Assembly (NCBI GenBank): GCA_036930585.1
Contig: GCA_036930585.1_3066.1
Length of the DNA stretch: 64,000 bases
Source: a phage
Direction: 5' to 3' (one strand)
Position 1 is the stretch's first letter; each line of letters begins with the position of its first letter. Shown here piece by piece: positions 61,016 to 64,000 of this stretch. The notes under the pieces were generated by a model. That model was given only the letters and a program-made list of their open reading frames with translations, was not told the origin of the DNA and made no database searches. The position numbers and the translations under genes are program-made.

Positions 61016-61384
61016 TTAATTACCAATCGTATATTTAGGAACGAGTTTCCATTCATGTTTTTGTTTAAAAGAAATAACTCGGAAATTATTAGTTAAATCT
61101 TTCATAAAAGTTCTTTGACCAGGAACGATTTCAATCAGTCCCCAATCTTCTAACAGCCATGCAATCGAATCACGACGAACTTCATCTTCTTCTGTCATTT
61201 CAACTTGACGGCCATCCATACGAAGCATTTCTTTAAAATGAACGATATAGTATAGTCCTTTTTTCTGAAGAATATGACAGGACTGATACAGAACTTTATC
61301 TTTATTATTAGCAATTCCCATACGAGTCAAAGTTTCTTTTACTTTCAGAAAATCTTCAGGTTTTTTAAGAGTAATTTCAATCAT
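61016..61384 (-). CDS. regA: Translational repressor RegA
   Basis: 122-aa ORF MIEITLKKPEDFLKVKETLTRMGIANN... Confidence 0.9.
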   Translation of the reverse strand: MIEITLKKPEDFLKVKETLTRMGIANNKDKVLYQSCHILQKKGLYYIVHFKEMLRMDGRQVEMTEEDEVRRDSIAWLLEDWGLIEIVPGQRTFMKDLTNNFRVISFKQKHEWKLVPKYTIGN

Positions 61385-61385
61385 T

Positions 61386-61949
61386 TTACCATTCCAATGC
61401 TAGTTTTTTGAGTTGTTTCTGTTCTTTTACGTTCTTAGTCACTTCTTTCAAAAAATCATCCGTGACTAAACCTTTAAGTTCTTTTAATACTAAAGGTAGT
61501 TTTCCATTTTTAGTAAGAATTGATTTATAGTTAATTGCATCATTTGTATTAACTTGATACCGTTTAGCAAGTAACTTAATAATCAATACTTCGGTGGAAT
61601 CTTCAACCAGTTTTGCCCATTTACCATATCTTTTACCACGAGGAACTGCAGCCATTAGATAATTAAAATGAGCTTCATCACTTAATCCAGAACCGATTAA
61701 ATTCATTGCATACACTGCTGGCATGCACTCTGGAAATTGTGATAATGCATTTTCGACCATGAATTTTGAATAATCTTTTTGAGCAATAGAGCATTTAGTT
61801 TTATTATTGATAGCTCCAATTATTTCAAAAAACTCATTTTCAGCTTTTTCTTTAAAAGAATCAGCAGCAGATTGGACAGCTGTCCAATCTTTTGAATACC
61901 AAGCAACTTGATGCTCGTTTAATTGAATATCATCTTCAAATAAGCTCAT
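61386..61949 (-). CDS. 62: Clamp loader small subunit gp62
   Basis: 187-aa product from ATG 61949 ([14 protein letters not shown]...). Confidence 0.85.
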   Translation of the reverse strand: MSLFEDDIQLNEHQVAWYSKDWTAVQSAADSFKEKAENEFFEIIGAINNKTKCSIAQKDYSKFMVENALSQFPECMPAVYAMNLIGSGLSDEAHFNYLMAAVPRGKRYGKWAKLVEDSTEVLIIKLLAKRYQVNTNDAINYKSILTKNGKLPLVLKELKGLVTDDFLKEVTKNVKEQKQLKKLALEW

Positions 61950-61950
61950 A

Positions 61951-62910
61951 TCACTTCCACTGCATTTCACATGCTAATTGAATGAAAAGATAAGCTAGAT
62001 GCAATTCAGTATTAGCTGCAATACCATGATACTGATTATTTTCGCCGACAATTTCGTACATACGAATAATACTCGGTGGAGTTACACGTGAATAGATTTC
62101 TTCGGCAAGTTTACCCACGAACCACGAATAATCGGCTGCATATTTTGGTGCTAAAGCTCTGAGTTGTTTAACATCTTTATTTTTGAGAGACTCAAGAACA
62201 TCATCAATAGCACCACGATCGTTAGTAACCAGTGATAAAATACCAGCATCCAAAACACCTTTAGATGAATAACTATCGAGCTCGCCAATAGTTTTACGAA
62301 AATCAGGAAAATTCTTTTTAACCAAAGCTGCTACAACTTTCATATCAGCTATAGCAATTCCTTCATGCTTACAGATTTCAGTCAATCGACGAATCATCTG
62401 CTTCATCATTTCAATTTTATCTTCATCGGTCGGTTGACCGAACGTAATAACTCGGCAGCGTGACTGAAGTGGTTTAATAATACCATCAATATTATTAGCA
62501 GTAATAATAATACTACAGTTTGAACTATAAGCTTCCATAAAGGAACGAAGATGTCGCTGAGATTCTGCTAAACCTGAACGGTCAAATTCATCAATAACGA
62601 TTACTTTTTGACGACCATCAAATGAAGCGGCGCTGGCAAAATTAGTCAAAGGACCACGAACGAAATCAATTTTACAATCTGAACCATTCACAAACATCAT
62701 ATCAGCATTTACATCATGACACAATGCTTTTGCTACAGTTGTTTTACCTGTTCCTGGAGAAGGAGAATGAAGAATAATATGTGGAATCTTACCTTTACTT
62801 GTAATAGATTTAAAGGTTTCTTTATCAAAGGCGGGAAGAATACATTCATCGATAGTAGATGGACGATATTTCTGTTCAAGAATGTGTTCTTTTTCATTTA
62901 CGGTAATCAT
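61951..62910 (-). CDS. 44: Clamp loader ATPase gp44 (AAA+)
   Basis: 319-aa product from ATG 62910 (MITVNEKEH...); Walker A SPGTGKTT. Confidence 0.9.
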   Translation of the reverse strand: MITVNEKEHILEQKYRPSTIDECILPAFDKETFKSITSKGKIPHIILHSPSPGTGKTTVAKALCHDVNADMMFVNGSDCKIDFVRGPLTNFASAASFDGRQKVIVIDEFDRSGLAESQRHLRSFMEAYSSNCSIIITANNIDGIIKPLQSRCRVITFGQPTDEDKIEMMKQMIRRLTEICKHEGIAIADMKVVAALVKKNFPDFRKTIGELDSYSSKGVLDAGILSLVTNDRGAIDDVLESLKNKDVKQLRALAPKYAADYSWFVGKLAEEIYSRVTPPSIIRMYEIVGENNQYHGIAANTELHLAYLFIQLACEMQWK

Positions 62911-62942
62911 AATTTCCTCATTCAAGTTTTAGTGTAAATTAT

Positions 62943-62960
62943 AAAGGGCCGAAGCCCTTT
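62943..62960 (-). other. AAAGGGC-CGAA-GCCCTTT hairpin between genes 45 and 44
   Basis: 17/18 match to the 29593/29821 hairpin repeat. Confidence 0.45.
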
Positions 62961-62961
62961 A

Positions 62962-63648
62962 TTAAAAATCGTGGGTAGAATCAGCTTCAAGAGCTACCAC
63001 ATAATTCGCGTGTTCACCTTCAAATTTAGCAGCACCTTGTTTACCTTTTGCCCAGAGCAGAAGTTTATAATTTCCTGGTTGCATTTTCATATTTGCCATA
63101 TTGATAATGAAATTAAATGTGTTTTCACCATCATAATCACCAAGAGTCAAAGAATATTTAACACGAGTCAAAGCAGAATCTTCTACTTTATTAAAACCGT
63201 TAATTACGATTTTACCTTCTTTTACTGTGATAGCAATTGTATCAATCTGCAGACCGCGAGATACACGCAACAGCTGTTGAAGGTCTTCAGCTTTAATTTC
63301 GGTAACAACAGATGCTACCGGGAATGGAATTGGTTTATTAGGAGCAACTACTGTACTCGGATCGGCTGCTGGCCAAAAAATTGTTGAACGAGCATCAGCA
63401 ATTTTAATATTTCCATCTTCTGACTGAGAAATTTCTGCATCATCATTAACTAGCGACAGAATACCGAGAAAACCGTTCAAATCGTAAATTGCTACATCAA
63501 AATCAATAACGTCAGAAATATTTGCTTCCGCATAAGTTGTACCATTAACTGCGCGAGTCATAATAAATTGACCGGATTTAAGCATAATGCCAGAGTTAAT
63601 AGTAGCGAAATTTTTAAGCAGAGCAGTAGTATCTTTAGACAGTTTCAT
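62962..63648 (-). CDS. 45: Sliding clamp gp45
   Basis: 228-aa ORF MKLSKDTTALLKNFATINSGIMLKSGQFIMTRAVNGTTYAEA... Confidence 0.95.
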   Translation of the reverse strand: MKLSKDTTALLKNFATINSGIMLKSGQFIMTRAVNGTTYAEANISDVIDFDVAIYDLNGFLGILSLVNDDAEISQSEDGNIKIADARSTIFWPAADPSTVVAPNKPIPFPVASVVTEIKAEDLQQLLRVSRGLQIDTIAITVKEGKIVINGFNKVEDSALTRVKYSLTLGDYDGENTFNFIINMANMKMQPGNYKLLLWAKGKQGAAKFEGEHANYVVALEADSTHDF

Positions 63649-63703
63649 GTAATTTCCTTCAATTCAAATGAGATTTAATTTTATAACTAATTTAATAAAG
63701 CAA

Positions 63704-64000
63704 TTAACGATTAAAATCAGCCGCAATTGTTTCCGCAACAATTTGTGCAGCAACAATTAGACGTTCATCTGCATTACCGCAATAATCATCTTCAAGACGT
63801 TCACCACATGAAGTCATAATAAATTTAGCACCGGCGTTTAGGGATTCTGTAGTATGTTTGCGCATTAGTTCAATCCATTTATTACTTACTTCACGATCGA
63901 TAGCTTCATAATACGCATGACGAGCAGGTGCAGATTTAATTTTGTTCTGAATAACTTCCATTGCGTTATCAGAAAGAGACAAAACCCATGCTCGACGAAT
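63704..64000 (-). CDS. rpbA: RNA polymerase-binding protein RpbA, C-terminal part (N-terminus beyond window end)
   Basis: Frame stays open to position 64000; track start at 63982 is a TTG, not the true start. Confidence 0.6.

Overview
This window is a ~64 kb segment of a T4-like (T-even, Tevenvirinae) coliphage genome. Gene content and order follow the T4 map in reverse orientation. Minus strand, 1-12 kb: gene 63 (partial), denA, nrdB (group I intron), nrdA, td (group I intron), frd, 32, 59, 33, dsbA, rnh. Plus strand, 12-22.3 kb: late tail-fiber module 34-35-36-37-38 and holin t. Minus strand, 22.3-64 kb: asiA, arn, motA, 52, stp, ndd, denB, rIIB, rIIA, 60 (translational bypass), mobA, 39, motB, dexA, dda, srd, modA, modB, soc, 56, dam, 61, 61.1-61.2-sp-61.4-dmd, 41, 40, uvsX, segA, a glycosyltransferase, 42, imm, 43, regA, 62, 44, 45, rpbA (partial). 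Calls rest on reading the six-frame translations against remembered T4 protein sequences and motifs; no database search was possible. The provided ORF track evidently allows alternative start codons (e.g. TTG at 63982), so several starts were moved to internal ATGs with Shine-Dalgarno sites. The phage is a mosaic relative to T4: T4-type introns and the gene 60/mobA cassette, but a T2-type gp37/gp38 adhesin module, a different glycosyltransferase in the beta-gt position, and an ORF-less td intron. No single large undescribed system stands out. The most interesting novelty candidates are a partial duplicate of gene 61.2 flanked by 49-bp direct repeats in the dmd/61.4/sp/61.2 cluster, a 115-aa ORF inserted between frd and td, and a plus-strand membrane ORF between dam and 61. 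Two genes look damaged: dam (frameshift in an A-run) and soc (premature TGA). Canonical T4 early promoters and UUCG-loop hairpins recur throughout the early regions.
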